A DNA stretch of 46,939 nucleotides from Hadesarchaea archaeon (GTDB lineage Archaea; Hadarchaeota; Hadarchaeia; Hadarchaeales; Hadarchaeaceae). The stretch spans positions 1 to 46,939 of the forward strand of contig DAOVGS010000046.1 of the NCBI GenBank assembly GCA_030672285.1, written 5' to 3'. Position numbers and translations under genes: made by a program. The notes below the pieces were generated by a model, which was not told the origin of the DNA, searched no databases, and saw only the letters and a list, made by a program, of their open reading frames with translations. Below, piece by piece: positions 9,380 through 18,309 of the stretch (position 1 is the stretch's first letter; each line of letters starts with the position of its first letter).

Positions 9380-9466
9380 GGTTGCCCCCTTTCACCTCGA
9401 GCGGAGTTCAATTAAACCTTAGCCATGCTTATCGCTAATCCAATTTTCGAGATTGCCTTAAACCAC

Positions 9467-9482
9467 TGGCGAACGTTCGCCA
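9467..9482. promoter_or_regulatory. 16-bp perfect palindrome TGGCGAACGTTCGCCA, ~95 nt upstream of the S24e start
   Basis: Exactly self-complementary. Related copies are at 1939-1952 and 31452-31467. Confidence 0.5.
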
Positions 9483-9490
9483 TTCCATTC

Positions 9491-9500
9491 AAAAAAAAAA
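9491..9500 (-). terminator. Oligo-T tract (T10 on minus strand) after the DUF359 gene
   Basis: The A10 run on the plus strand lies 21 nt beyond the stop at 9521. A T5 run at 9516-9520 sits directly after the stop. Archaeal termination typically uses oligo-T. Confidence 0.5.
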
Positions 9501-9520
9501 TAACCCACAATTTCCAAAAA

Positions 9521-10027
9521 TTACCGACTAGTTTCGAATTGCTTTAGCAGCATTTCGATTTCACGACGCTTGGGCTCGGTGACCTCAACGAGTACAAGCC
9601 CTTCGCCGGGCTGCCCGTAGACGACCGCGGAGCCGAGGGGTGCCGAGAGCACGGCGGGCAAGGTAGCGAGGTCCTCCTCCCCCTCGACCACGATTTTCAG
9701 GGGAGGTTTTGCGGCCCCTAGAGCCTCACGCAGCCCCGGGGTGATGGTTCCAGCTTGGTTCTTCACGCGAACGACTTTTGCCTCGAAAGTCTCCACCGCC
9801 CGCTTGGTTTTTTCATCGGCTGGCAAACGCATGACCTTCATATCGACGACTGCCACATCGGGCCTGAGCCCGCCCTCGATCAACTCCGCGGTCACGACAT
9901 CGCCAACCGCGATCAGCCTAGGGGGGTGGAGTTGCCGCAGGCGCTCGATCGCCGCGGTGACATTCGGGAAAAGCTGGCCCAGAGGGCGCTTTAACAGCGA
10001 CCGAACCTCGTCGGGTAACTTTAACAC
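9521..10027 (-). CDS. DUF359 / GTP-dependent dephospho-CoA kinase family protein
   Basis: LKLPDEVRSLLKRPLGQLF...LIAVGDVVTAELIEGGLRPDVAVVDMKVMR...VVEGEEDLATLPAVLSAPLGSAVVYGQPGEGLVLV. GTG 10027 shares one nt with the Spt4 stop. The upstream extension to 10153 overlaps spt4. Confidence 0.75.
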   Translation of the reverse strand: MLKLPDEVRSLLKRPLGQLFPNVTAAIERLRQLHPPRLIAVGDVVTAELIEGGLRPDVAVVDMKVMRLPADEKTKRAVETFEAKVVRVKNQAGTITPGLREALGAAKPPLKIVVEGEEDLATLPAVLSAPLGSAVVYGQPGEGLVLVEVTEPKRREIEMLLKQFETSR

Positions 10028-10212
10028 TAACGAACCCTCAGCGCGTACTTCCCGGGCTGGGTGATTTTGAGCCGCTTGGCGATCTCGGAGTTCTCTGGGT
10101 CGAGCACGACGACGTACCCAGACCAGTCTCCAGAGAGCTGGGCCCCGCCGCACGCCGGACAGGTGTTCCCCTCGGTGATGAAGTTACACTTGCGGCAGGC
10201 CTTTTCGGTCAA
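10027..10212 (-). CDS. spt4: Transcription elongation factor Spt4 (RpoE'')
   Basis: (M)TEKACRKCNFITEGNTCPACGGAQLSGDWSGYVVVLDPENSEIAKRLKI: zinc ribbon plus NGN-binding part. TTG 10212 overlaps the rpoE' stop as TTGA. The ORF track starts at 10245. Confidence 0.85.
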   Translation of the reverse strand: MTEKACRKCNFITEGNTCPACGGAQLSGDWSGYVVVLDPENSEIAKRLKITQPGKYALRVR

Positions 10213-10763
10213 GCCTTGGCCTCCTTGCGGGCTTCCTCGATCCACTCCAGCTTTCCCAGCCCAACCTGACGCATCGTCAGGCCTATCTTCCCGCCTCGCG
10301 CACCTCGGCGAATGCTCACCGTGACCACGCGTACACGAACCCTGTCCCCTTCCTTCAGCGCTCGCTTCGACTCCTTTCCGTAGAGCGCCCCCTTCTTCTT
10401 GTCGTACCCCACGAAATCGTCCATCACCTGAGAGACGTGCACCAAACCATCGATGGGGCCCAGACGCACAAACCCGCCAAACTCGACGATCTCGACCACC
10501 TCACCCAGCACCACCTCGTTGACCTCGGGTTTGTAGACGAGCGCATCAAAGGTGACATCGTGGTAGCTTGCCCCGTCGCCCATGATTATCCTGCCCGTGC
10601 TAATCTCCTTGAGCTCGGTGATCGCCAAGATTGTGCCCACATCCTTGTCGGTCAGCCCCTCGTAGTCCTTGTGCAGGATGTCGACGATCACCTCCTCGAC
10701 GGGCTCGTCAAACCGGTTGGGGGGCACCCGCACGGTATCGCGCACGGTTATTATCTTGTACAT
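10209..10763 (-). CDS. rpoE: DNA-directed RNA polymerase subunit E' (Rpo7)
   Basis: MYKIITVRDTVRVPPNRF...YEG..DKDVG.ILAI.......G.I..GDG..YH.V.F.ALV.KPE..EVV.GEV...V.FG.FVRLGP.DGL.H.SQ. S1 domain at the C-terminus. Confidence 0.9.
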   Translation of the reverse strand: MYKIITVRDTVRVPPNRFDEPVEEVIVDILHKDYEGLTDKDVGTILAITELKEISTGRIIMGDGASYHDVTFDALVYKPEVNEVVLGEVVEIVEFGGFVRLGPIDGLVHVSQVMDDFVGYDKKKGALYGKESKRALKEGDRVRVRVVTVSIRRGARGGKIGLTMRQVGLGKLEWIEEARKEAKA

Positions 10764-10899
10764 TCACTCCACTCCAAATTTTTTCTCATATGGCTTCATG
10801 GCGCGCCTGATCACTTCACGCGCCTCTCAAGCACCTTTGTTTCCTTTCCCTCCAGCTCTTTATAAACGTCCTTCCAGAGGTTAACCATTGTCCTCACAA

Positions 10900-12909
10900 T
10901 TAGATGAATAGTGGGACGAAGAGTAGCGCCGCCATCGACATTAGCTTAATCAAAATGTTCAGCGATGGTCCAGAAGTGTCCTTGAACGGATCCCCTACGG
11001 TATCGCCTATTACTGATGCGGCATGGGTTTCGCTGCCTTTACCGCCCAGACGTCCCTCCTCAATGTACTTCTTGGCGTTATCCCACGCACCACCAGCATT
11101 TGCCAAGGTAATTGCGAGCAAGAGGCCTGTAACTATCGCCCCAGCAAGCATTCCTCCCAACGCTTCGGGCCCGAGAAAAGGAATCAAGCCGACGGCAATG
11201 GGTGTTACAATAGCAAGCGCTGCCGGAGGCGCCATGTTCCTCAAAGCCGCCGAAGTGCTGATGCTGATGCATTTATCGTAATCGGGCTTCGCCTTTCTTT
11301 CCATAATTCCAGGGATTGTTCTAAACTGCCTACGGACCTCACTAACCACTAAGGATGCACCTCTGCCGACAGCCCTCATGGTGAGCGCGCAGAACAAGAA
11401 GGTTAACATCCCCCCAATGAATAACCCAGCGATGACCGGAGGGTTCGTGATGCTGAGTTTCTCCGGAGTAATGCCGACCCTTTGAATATATGCTGCAAAT
11501 AGCGCGAGAGCCGTTAGCGCTGCCGAACCAATCGCGAAACCCTTGCCGATCGCAGCAGTCGTGTTTCCAACGGCATCCAGTCGCTCGGCCCGCTTACGTA
11601 CGGTTTGCCCCATTCCCGACATCTCGGCAATTCCCGCGGCGTTATCGGCCACGGGACCATAGGTGTCAGCGGCGAGCGTCATACCTAACGTGCTAAGCAT
11701 GCCAACAGCGGCGATCGCTATGCCATATAGACCGACAAAATGGTGAGCTAACAAGATTGCCGCACCTATCGCGATGATCGGAACTAACGTACTTATCATC
11801 CCCACCGAAAATCCACTTATGATATTTGTCGCGGGGCCAGTCTGGGAGGAGTATGCAATCGACTGCACGGGCGAAAATCTATTCTCGGTGTAGTACTCCG
11901 CTGAAAGCCCTATAACAATTCCCGCGATCAATCCCGCTAACATCGCGTAAAAAATCTCTAGGTAACCCACGGTGTACCAGATCAAGAAAAAGGAAGCGAT
12001 TGCCATCAGAATCGCGCTTCCGAACACCCCCTTGTTAAGAGCCGCATGAAGAGTTTTTATTCCGGCACCCTTTCCCACCCGCACGAAGAAGGTTGCTACA
12101 ATCGAGCAAAAGATTCCGGTCGCGGCGAGCAGCATCGGGAGCACCACGACATCGGTCTGACCGAGAGCGACGCCCCCTATAGTAACCCCAGTGAAACCTA
12201 TCACCATCGCGGCAATAATTGAGCCCACGTACGACTCGAAAAGGTCGGCCCCCATCCCCGCTACATCCCCGACGTTGTCACCCACGTTGTCGGCAATCAC
12301 GGCTGGATTTCGTGGGTCATCCTCGGGGATTCGGGCCTCGATTTTTCCGACCAAGTCCGCGCCCATATCCGCTGACTTCGTGTAGATGCCCCCACCCACG
12401 CGCGCGAACAGCGCTATCGAGCTCGCCCCGAAGCCGAAGCCCACGATTATCTGGGGATCCCCGAACAAGTAGTAGAAAATGCTCACGCCCAAGATCCCAA
12501 GACCCACGACGCACATCCCCATGACTGCGCCGCTCGAGAACCCGACCATGAGCCCTCTGCCTATGCTTCGCTTCGCCGCGGCCGCCGTTCGAGCGTTCGA
12601 CTTGGTTGCCACGCGCACCCCGACGTTGCCCGCTAACGCCGAGAAAAACGCCCCGACCGTGAATGCCGTGGCGGTCTGGTAGTTCACAACCAGCGCCAGG
12701 ATTATCGCCACGATGACCGCGTAAACGACCATCACCAGGTATTCCTTGTTCAGAAAAATCATCGCTCCTCGGTAGATGGTGCCTGAGAGCTCCCTCATTT
12801 GCGGCGTTCCGGGAGACTGTCGTAGAATCTTGAAAGTTAAGTAGCCCGCGAACGCGAGGGCCAAAGCACCCGCTATCGGCGCCAGCATCACGGGTTCAAA
12901 TTCGACCAT
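10900..12909 (-). CDS. hppA: Membrane-bound H+/Na+-translocating pyrophosphatase
   Basis: 669 aa polytopic protein with GGG.YTK.AD.GADLVGK, DNVGDNVGD, DTYGP..DNA.G and GDTVGDP.KDT.GPS.N. GNTTAAIGKG (Ala form) is the signature usually linked to the K+-dependent class. Confidence 0.95.
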   Translation of the reverse strand: MVEFEPVMLAPIAGALALAFAGYLTFKILRQSPGTPQMRELSGTIYRGAMIFLNKEYLVMVVYAVIVAIILALVVNYQTATAFTVGAFFSALAGNVGVRVATKSNARTAAAAKRSIGRGLMVGFSSGAVMGMCVVGLGILGVSIFYYLFGDPQIIVGFGFGASSIALFARVGGGIYTKSADMGADLVGKIEARIPEDDPRNPAVIADNVGDNVGDVAGMGADLFESYVGSIIAAMVIGFTGVTIGGVALGQTDVVVLPMLLAATGIFCSIVATFFVRVGKGAGIKTLHAALNKGVFGSAILMAIASFFLIWYTVGYLEIFYAMLAGLIAGIVIGLSAEYYTENRFSPVQSIAYSSQTGPATNIISGFSVGMISTLVPIIAIGAAILLAHHFVGLYGIAIAAVGMLSTLGMTLAADTYGPVADNAAGIAEMSGMGQTVRKRAERLDAVGNTTAAIGKGFAIGSAALTALALFAAYIQRVGITPEKLSITNPPVIAGLFIGGMLTFLFCALTMRAVGRGASLVVSEVRRQFRTIPGIMERKAKPDYDKCISISTSAALRNMAPPAALAIVTPIAVGLIPFLGPEALGGMLAGAIVTGLLLAITLANAGGAWDNAKKYIEEGRLGGKGSETHAASVIGDTVGDPFKDTSGPSLNILIKLMSMAALLFVPLFI

Positions 12910-12936
12910 CTCACGACCCCTTGAGAAACTTCACTT

Positions 12937-13317
12937 CTAAACCCAACCGTCTATTGCAAGATGAGACTTTTGTCGTAAATAGATTACCGGCACTCCGCGG
13001 CGCCGAAGCTCCATCCGCAGGGCGGCATCGGTCGTTCCCACCGTGTAGCGCCCCTTGAGCGCAAGCCCTAGGATCGCATCATCCGCTGCACCTTTGACCT
13101 CGATGACCTTCCCACGCTTAGCTATGATCAATCCGATTTTGGCTGCCGTTCGCTCCTTGGGCTTGCCCTGCTCTGAGATTAGTTTGAGCTCTTGGAGGAC
13201 CGGACTTGGAATAGCGAGTTCATGGGGTCGTTCGAGCAACCTGTCGAGTTCCCCCACAATATCAACGCCGAATAAACCGGGGACCATCAAGAAGCTCGTG
13301 TCCGCGATGACCCGCAA
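12937..13317 (-). CDS. PIN-domain nuclease (Fcf1/Utp24-like, COG1412 type)
   Basis: TTG start. MRVIADTSFLMVP...P..VL.EL......GK.KER.AA..GL......V.....ADDAIL..A......V.T.D..LR..LR..GVPVIYLR. Lies immediately downstream of aIF2-gamma, as in many archaea. Confidence 0.75.
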   Translation of the reverse strand: MRVIADTSFLMVPGLFGVDIVGELDRLLERPHELAIPSPVLQELKLISEQGKPKERTAAKIGLIIAKRGKVIEVKGAADDAILGLALKGRYTVGTTDAALRMELRRRGVPVIYLRQKSHLAIDGWV

Positions 13318-13329
13318 CCAAATTCCTCG

Positions 13330-14544
13330 TCAACTTATGACGCCGTAACCGATCAGGCGCCACCTTCCAGCGACGCGTCGACTCAGCGCTGCTCGGGCCC
13401 CCTGTTCGGCGCAGACCGGCAACTTGAGTTTGATGGTGGCCCGGTCCCCTCGAGCGCTCGCTATCGCGCCCACGGTCATCGCCGTCCCCACGTTGAGCAT
13501 CAGGGGTTCCCGCGTGACCAGAGGCTTCACCTCAAGCTCCTTGGGAAGCCCGACGACGCGCTTCATCAGGTGGACTTCTAGCTCGAGCGTCTCCAGCACC
13601 TCGGGCAGGCTCCCGGGCGCCCCCGCCACCGAGCCCACGAGCGAATCGCCTTTGGTCAGCGAGGGGTCGAGCCCGGTTCCCACGCCGATGAGGCCACCTG
13701 GAACAGCCTCCTCGACCCGGCTCCCCCCCGCGTGCAGACTCGTGATCTTTGAGTCCAAGTGTTGCCACGTGGTTCGCCCCTCCCGGCTCACTCGTATGCC
13801 GGGACGTATCTCTATCCCCTCGTCCTCGCGAAGCTTTCCCCAAAGGAGTGAGCCACCCAAAATCCCCCCCACCAATTTTTCTGGCTTGATACCGGGGCGA
13901 TTGACATCGAACGAGCGGGCGACGTGCATCCGCGCCGGCTTCGAGAGGTCTCGCTTCGGCGTCGGGATGTGCTCCTCGATCGCTTGAATCAGCCTGTCGA
14001 CGTTCGCGCGGTGAATCGCAGAAATTGGGATCACCGGGGCATCCGCGGCAGAGGTGCCCGAGAGGAACTCCCTGATCTGCTCGTAGTTCTGCATCACCTT
14101 CTCGCGCGAGACGAGTTCGATTTTATTCTGCGCCACGACGACGTTGCGCACCCCGATGATGTCGAGGGCCATCAGGTGCTCCTTCGTTTGGGGTTGGGGG
14201 CAGAGCTCGTTCGCCGCTATCACGAGCACGGCTCCGTCCATAATTGCGGCTCCAGAGATCATCGTGGCCATTAGCATCTCGTGCCCCGGGGCGTCGACGA
14301 ATGAGACACGGCGCAGGGACTCCGTCGCGGCCCCGCAGTAGGGACACTTCTCCTTCGCGCTGTATCTCCCACACTCGGGGCAACGCGCGAATGAAGTATC
14401 TGCGTAGCCGAGACGGATCGAGATCCCTCGGCGAATCTCCTCGCTGTGCACGTCGGTCCAGACGCCCGAGATGGCCTCGACGAGCGTCGTCTTTCCGTGG
14501 TCGACGTGACCGATTATACCTATGTTGACTACCGCTTGGGGCAT
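13330..14544 (-). CDS. eif2g: Translation initiation factor aIF2 gamma subunit
   Basis: [27 protein letters not shown], zinc knuckle CPECG..(11)..CPYCG, DAPGHE, NKIE. ATG 14544 has GAAGGTG upstream. The ORF track starts at TTG 14562. Confidence 0.95.
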   Translation of the reverse strand: MPQAVVNIGIIGHVDHGKTTLVEAISGVWTDVHSEEIRRGISIRLGYADTSFARCPECGRYSAKEKCPYCGAATESLRRVSFVDAPGHEMLMATMISGAAIMDGAVLVIAANELCPQPQTKEHLMALDIIGVRNVVVAQNKIELVSREKVMQNYEQIREFLSGTSAADAPVIPISAIHRANVDRLIQAIEEHIPTPKRDLSKPARMHVARSFDVNRPGIKPEKLVGGILGGSLLWGKLREDEGIEIRPGIRVSREGRTTWQHLDSKITSLHAGGSRVEEAVPGGLIGVGTGLDPSLTKGDSLVGSVAGAPGSLPEVLETLELEVHLMKRVVGLPKELEVKPLVTREPLMLNVGTAMTVGAIASARGDRATIKLKLPVCAEQGARAALSRRVAGRWRLIGYGVIS

Positions 14545-14666
14545 CGAAACACCTTCGCTCAAATTTTCAGTTCAAACGATATAAAACGCGCAGGCTTTAG
14601 TCAGAGATGCAAACGTATAAAACCTCTCCCGGCTCCAAGTATCGTACACCGCAATCCTTTTATGGA

Positions 14667-14705
14667 TGGGGGTAAATACCACCAATTGGGGGTAAACACC
14701 ACCAA
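14667..14705. promoter_or_regulatory. Tandem 19-nt direct repeat TGGGGGTAAA(T/C)ACCACCAA x2 directly upstream of the MNT gene
   Basis: Copies at 14667-14685 and 14687-14705, 18/19 identical, 20-bp period. The second copy ends 9 nt before ATG 14715. Confidence 0.5.
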
Positions 14706-14714
14706 GGGGAGAAG

Positions 14715-15308
14715 ATGCGATTTGGTAACTATTTAGACGAGCTTCTGGCTAAACGCTCATACGTTAAGCTTCTCCGCTCACTTGTGTTGAGTTCTCCAGC
14801 CAAGGAGTGGTCGGGAAGGGAACTCGCGCGAGCAGCAGGAGTGGATCATACCTTTGCTAATGAGATTCTGCCGGTGTTTGTTGGTTATGGAGTAGCAAGC
14901 ATGCGTCGCCTCGGCAATGCAAACATATATCAGGTCAACGCCGCCCACTTCATCGTCAAGCAACTCCGTGTATTTTTCGATGTAGAGCAACGAGCGATAG
15001 AACAACTCAAAGCCGAACTCGCCAAAGCGTGCACTTCGAACAAAAAAATCCTCTCCGCAACGATGTATGGCAGCATCGCGCGCGGGAGGGGAGGGGTAGG
15101 TTCAGATATCGATCTACTACTCATCGTCAGCGAAAAAGTTGACTTGGCGGGGCAATTCAGCAGCGTTGAGACTAGGTTTGGAAATACAGTTTCGCCCCAC
15201 ATCTGGACCCTCGAGCAGCTATGGAGGAAGAAAAAGCTACCGCTCGTGCGCAATATTTTAAAAGAGGGTAAGCACATCTACGGCAAGAAATTGGAGGATT
15301 TGCTGTGA
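14715..15308 (+). CDS. wHTH-fused minimal nucleotidyltransferase (MNT-type antitoxin candidate)
   Basis: The N-terminal ~80 aa are wHTH-like (SGRELARAAGVDHTFANEIL). NTase motif MYGSIARGRGGVGSDIDLLLIV (GS...DxD). Confidence 0.75.
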   Translation: MRFGNYLDELLAKRSYVKLLRSLVLSSPAKEWSGRELARAAGVDHTFANEILPVFVGYGVASMRRLGNANIYQVNAAHFIVKQLRVFFDVEQRAIEQLKAELAKACTSNKKILSATMYGSIARGRGGVGSDIDLLLIVSEKVDLAGQFSSVETRFGNTVSPHIWTLEQLWRKKKLPLVRNILKEGKHIYGKKLEDLL

Positions 15309-15724
15309 GGGTGCCCGAGGAGTTACGGAGGGAGCGGGTCGACAAAACTAAATTTGGAGTTTACCTCAAGAAGGCCGGGGAGTTTCTAACAGCTGCTGGG
15401 GCTGAGTTCAAGCATGGCAGGTACAACAGTGCTGCGAGTTCAGCCGCTCATGCTGCGATAAATGCACTCGACGCTATGACTGTTTATCTCTCCGGCTACC
15501 GGCACGCAGGCCGACGACATGAGGACGCTTGGAAGTTGTTAAAATATGCTGAGGGGTTGCCAGACAAAGCCGCCGCCGAGGGTAAATTTAAGGCGGCTGT
15601 TCGCGTCAAGCCGGTCGCAGAGTATGAGGGGAGATTAGCCGGGAAGGGGGAGACCCTGCGGGCGCTGAAGGCTGCAGATTGGCTCCTTTTGTGGGTTAAT
15701 AGCAACCTTGGGGGCAAGAGTTGA
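15305..15724 (+). CDS. HEPN-domain protein (toxin candidate of the MNT/HEPN pair)
   Basis: GTG 15305 overlaps the MNT stop (GTGA). All-helical sequence with an R-x5-H motif in GYRHAGRRHEDAW. Confidence 0.65.
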   Translation: MRVPEELRRERVDKTKFGVYLKKAGEFLTAAGAEFKHGRYNSAASSAAHAAINALDAMTVYLSGYRHAGRRHEDAWKLLKYAEGLPDKAAAEGKFKAAVRVKPVAEYEGRLAGKGETLRALKAADWLLLWVNSNLGGKS

Positions 15725-15733
15725 ATCGATAGT

Positions 15734-16135
15734 TTAAGCCGCCTTCGCCTCGGCTTCCTTTGGGGCCAAGAGCTCATCGAGCGGATTCTCCCCTCGCTTC
15801 ACGATCTTCGCGTTGACCTGCACGATCGCATCTGAGATCCTCGAACCCCGGACCCTCTTTCGCCGACGCTCCCCTCGCCTCCGAGGTGAAAAACCCGGAC
15901 CGCTAGCCAGCAGGACGCTCGTTCGGCCGGGACCGTAGATGTCCGGGCGCATGGGAAATCCATCCTTGTCGGTGCCGCCCGTGAGCTGGAGCTCGTACCC
16001 TGAGAGCCCCACGACTGCCCCGTCGAACTTGTCCCCTATCCGGAGCCCGACAAGCCTCCGCGCATCCGGCTCGCGAGCCTCTAGGGGATGGCTCTTGCCC
16101 GTCTCGGGATCAGCGACCACTACTTTGAACACCAT
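15734..16135 (-). CDS. rps6e: 30S ribosomal protein S6e
   Basis: MVFKVVVADPETGKSHPLE......L.G..IGD.FDG...GL.GYELQ.TGG.DKDGFPMR.D..G..R..VLL..GPGF.P...GERRRK.VRG. Confidence 0.9.
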   Translation of the reverse strand: MVFKVVVADPETGKSHPLEAREPDARRLVGLRIGDKFDGAVVGLSGYELQLTGGTDKDGFPMRPDIYGPGRTSVLLASGPGFSPRRRGERRRKRVRGSRISDAIVQVNAKIVKRGENPLDELLAPKEAEAKAA

Positions 16136-16209
16136 CACATCACCCCGTGATCAGAAAACAGGCTAATTATCCTCCACCATCTCATAAAGCTTTTTTCTCG
16201 CGTCGTGAA

Positions 16210-16935
16210 TCAAGGAGGGCGTTTTTTGCCCCGTCTTTTCCCTGGAATCCGAAGCAAATCCAACCAGGTCTCTTGTACCTCTGCCATCAAACGTTTCTTC
16301 CGTCTTTTGCCCCGTCTTTTGCCCCGTCTTTTCTCCGCAATCTGAAGCAAATCTAGCCAGGTCTCTTGTACCTCTGTCATGATCCGCTCGGCATGGATAT
16401 CGCGGGTCAAATCAAATCCCAAAAAAGTAGGCGTCCCCATCGCCCACTTTGCCAATCCTTTATATCCAATTCCTTCCCAGGGAGGATACCCCAACTCATC
16501 CACAAACTTCTTGGCAAACCTCGCACACGCTTCCGGCTTTCCCTCGAGGTAGAGGCCCATTATGTAATTGGAGGGTTTGTTAGAAAGTCCTCTATATTTA
16601 TCAAGAAAAAGTAAAATGCTCAATTGACGGGTTGTTATCAACAAGCCTCCACTTTCACCGCCAGTTCTCAGCCATGCCGTTTTTATCAATTTACCGAATA
16701 ACTCACTCAATCCAACAATGCTCATATTCGCACTTTTGTCAAGTTCCAATGCGACTTTCCAAGTGACATCTCCGATATTGGTGAATGGCCAAGATTTTTC
16801 TTCTTCCTCTTTGGGTAGCTGTATTTTTGCGTGCAGATAAGGTTCAAAATTTAGCGGTTGGGCCATAAGAATGGTCGTAAAAAGCTTACCCCTTCCTTTA
16901 GCCATTTTTGACAATGTTTTAGACAATTCGCTCAT
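16210..16935 (-). CDS. Hypothetical protein with tandemly duplicated Arg/Lys-rich C-terminus
   Basis: ATG 16935 lies 3 nt after the kinase stop. No recognisable domain. The C-terminus is M(T/A)EVQETWLDLL(Q/R)I..KRRGK.. repeated twice. Lower GC than the backbone. Confidence 0.55.
   Translation of the reverse strand: MSELSKTLSKMAKGRGKLFTTILMAQPLNFEPYLHAKIQLPKEEEEKSWPFTNIGDVTWKVALELDKSANMSIVGLSELFGKLIKTAWLRTGGESGGLLITTRQLSILLFLDKYRGLSNKPSNYIMGLYLEGKPEACARFAKKFVDELGYPPWEGIGYKGLAKWAMGTPTFLGFDLTRDIHAERIMTEVQETWLDLLQIAEKRRGKRRGKRRKKRLMAEVQETWLDLLRIPGKRRGKKRPP
16224..16380. repeat. 93-bp-period tandem duplication inside the 3' end of CDS 16210-16935
   Basis: 16224-16287 vs 16317-16380, about 57/64 identical. 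Includes the mini-repeat gccccgtctttt (3 copies). Confidence 0.8.
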
Positions 16936-16938
16936 ACG

Positions 16939-18309
16939 TCATCCCTTTACCGGCAGCGTGAAGGAAAACGTCGAACCCTTCCCCAATTCACTCTCACACC
17001 ATATCTCTCCACCGTGGGCCCCCACCAGCTGCTTACATATGCTCAGCCCAAGCCCAGTCCCTGGCTTGGTGTGATTCGCCTGAAAGAACTTCGTGAAAAG
17101 CTTCGGGAGGTCTTTTTTGGCTATGCCCGCCCCCGTGTCCCTCACTTGGACGAGGATTTGGTTTCCCCTCTGCTCGGCTTCTACCGTCACCTTACCTCCC
17201 TCTGGGGTGAATTTGATGGCATTCTCGATTAGATTCGTGAGGACGGTGGCAATGTGTTTTCCATCAGCCTCAACCGGGGGCAACTTATTCATCCGTTGGG
17301 TGAAGGTAATCTTCTTTAGCGTGGCCAATGGTTTCATATGCTCGACCACATCCTGAATGAGTGGCGCCAGTTGCATCTTTTCCTTAAATAATTCCATCCG
17401 CCCAGATTCAAGCTTCAATATCTCTAGGATCTTTTCGACCGACCCCCTGAGGCGCTCCACCCCCCGGGAGATGATTCCTAGGGCTTTTTCCTGTTTTTTT
17501 GTGAGTTCCCCGAGCTCTTTGCTCGACATCTGCTGAAAGAGGGAGGTCACGGCGGTCAGCGGGGTCTTCAGCTCGTGGGCGGACATGGAGATGAACTCGT
17601 CTTTCATCCGATCCAGTGCCTTGAGGTCCTCGTAGGCGCGCTCGAGCTCCTTGCGCGCCCGGTCCATGTCCTTCAACAAGTAGGTCATCGCCGAGCGGGA
17701 GGCCTCGAGCTTTCGCGCTCGCTCCTCGAGGACTTTTTTTGCTTTTTCTGCTTTCTCCTCCGCCCGCTTGCGCTCGGTGATTTCTGCCTGTAATGCTTCG
17801 TTGGCTTTTGTCAACTCTGCGGTCCTTTCCTGGACCCGTGTTTCCAACTCGTCGTGCGCTTTGCGTAGCGCCTCCTCCGTCCGCTTGCGCTCGGTGATGT
17901 CTCTAAATATCCCCCGGGTCTCAACAAATTTACCGTCTTTAAACTGAGCGCTGGCAGTGCCCTCCACAGGGATTTCTTTCCCATTTTTAGATACAAATAC
18001 AGTTTCCACTCGCTCTGCGGTTTCACCGCCGCAAACTCTTTTAAAAACTTCCATGCAATGCGGTATTTGGTCTTTGCGCAAAATGTCCCACAGGGTTAAT
18101 TTTTTCACTTCTTCTTTCGTGTACTCCAGCGTTTTCAACCATTTTCGATTTACATAAACAAATTTACCTTCCTTGTCCACGCGTTGCATTAAATCGCTGG
18201 CGTTTTCAAAAAAATCTCGGAATCTCTCCTCGCTCTCCCGCAGCTCCCCCTCCGCCCGCTTGCGCTCGGTGATGTCCCTGAGCGTGGCGGTTTTTTTCTC
18301 CTTCGCCAT
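16939..18309 (-). CDS. PAS-domain sensor histidine kinase (cytoplasmic)
   Basis: PAS ([26 protein letters not shown]..), coiled coil, H-box [16 protein letters not shown], HATPase N/G boxes ([24 protein letters not shown]). ATG 18309 (GGGGAG upstream) is preferred. The ORF track starts at GTG 18375. Confidence 0.85.
   Translation of the reverse strand: MAKEKKTATLRDITERKRAEGELRESEERFRDFFENASDLMQRVDKEGKFVYVNRKWLKTLEYTKEEVKKLTLWDILRKDQIPHCMEVFKRVCGGETAERVETVFVSKNGKEIPVEGTASAQFKDGKFVETRGIFRDITERKRTEEALRKAHDELETRVQERTAELTKANEALQAEITERKRAEEKAEKAKKVLEERARKLEASRSAMTYLLKDMDRARKELERAYEDLKALDRMKDEFISMSAHELKTPLTAVTSLFQQMSSKELGELTKKQEKALGIISRGVERLRGSVEKILEILKLESGRMELFKEKMQLAPLIQDVVEHMKPLATLKKITFTQRMNKLPPVEADGKHIATVLTNLIENAIKFTPEGGKVTVEAEQRGNQILVQVRDTGAGIAKKDLPKLFTKFFQANHTKPGTGLGLSICKQLVGAHGGEIWCESELGKGSTFSFTLPVKG

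Noticed and set aside
8647-9415. Long plus-strand ORFs (192, 180 and 89 aa) antisense to S24e/S27ae.
   Set aside because: They lie in a low-complexity GC-rich repeat where every frame is open. Their products are Pro/Ser/Ala/Leu/Phe-rich with no motifs. The minus strand encodes clear S24e and S27ae.
10764-10899. Two mini-ORFs on the minus strand upstream of rpoE' (MVNLWKDVYKELEGKETKVLERRVK and MKPYEKKFGVE).
   Set aside because: They are too short and carry no recognisable signature or convincing SD, so the region is probably just the rpoE' promoter and leader.
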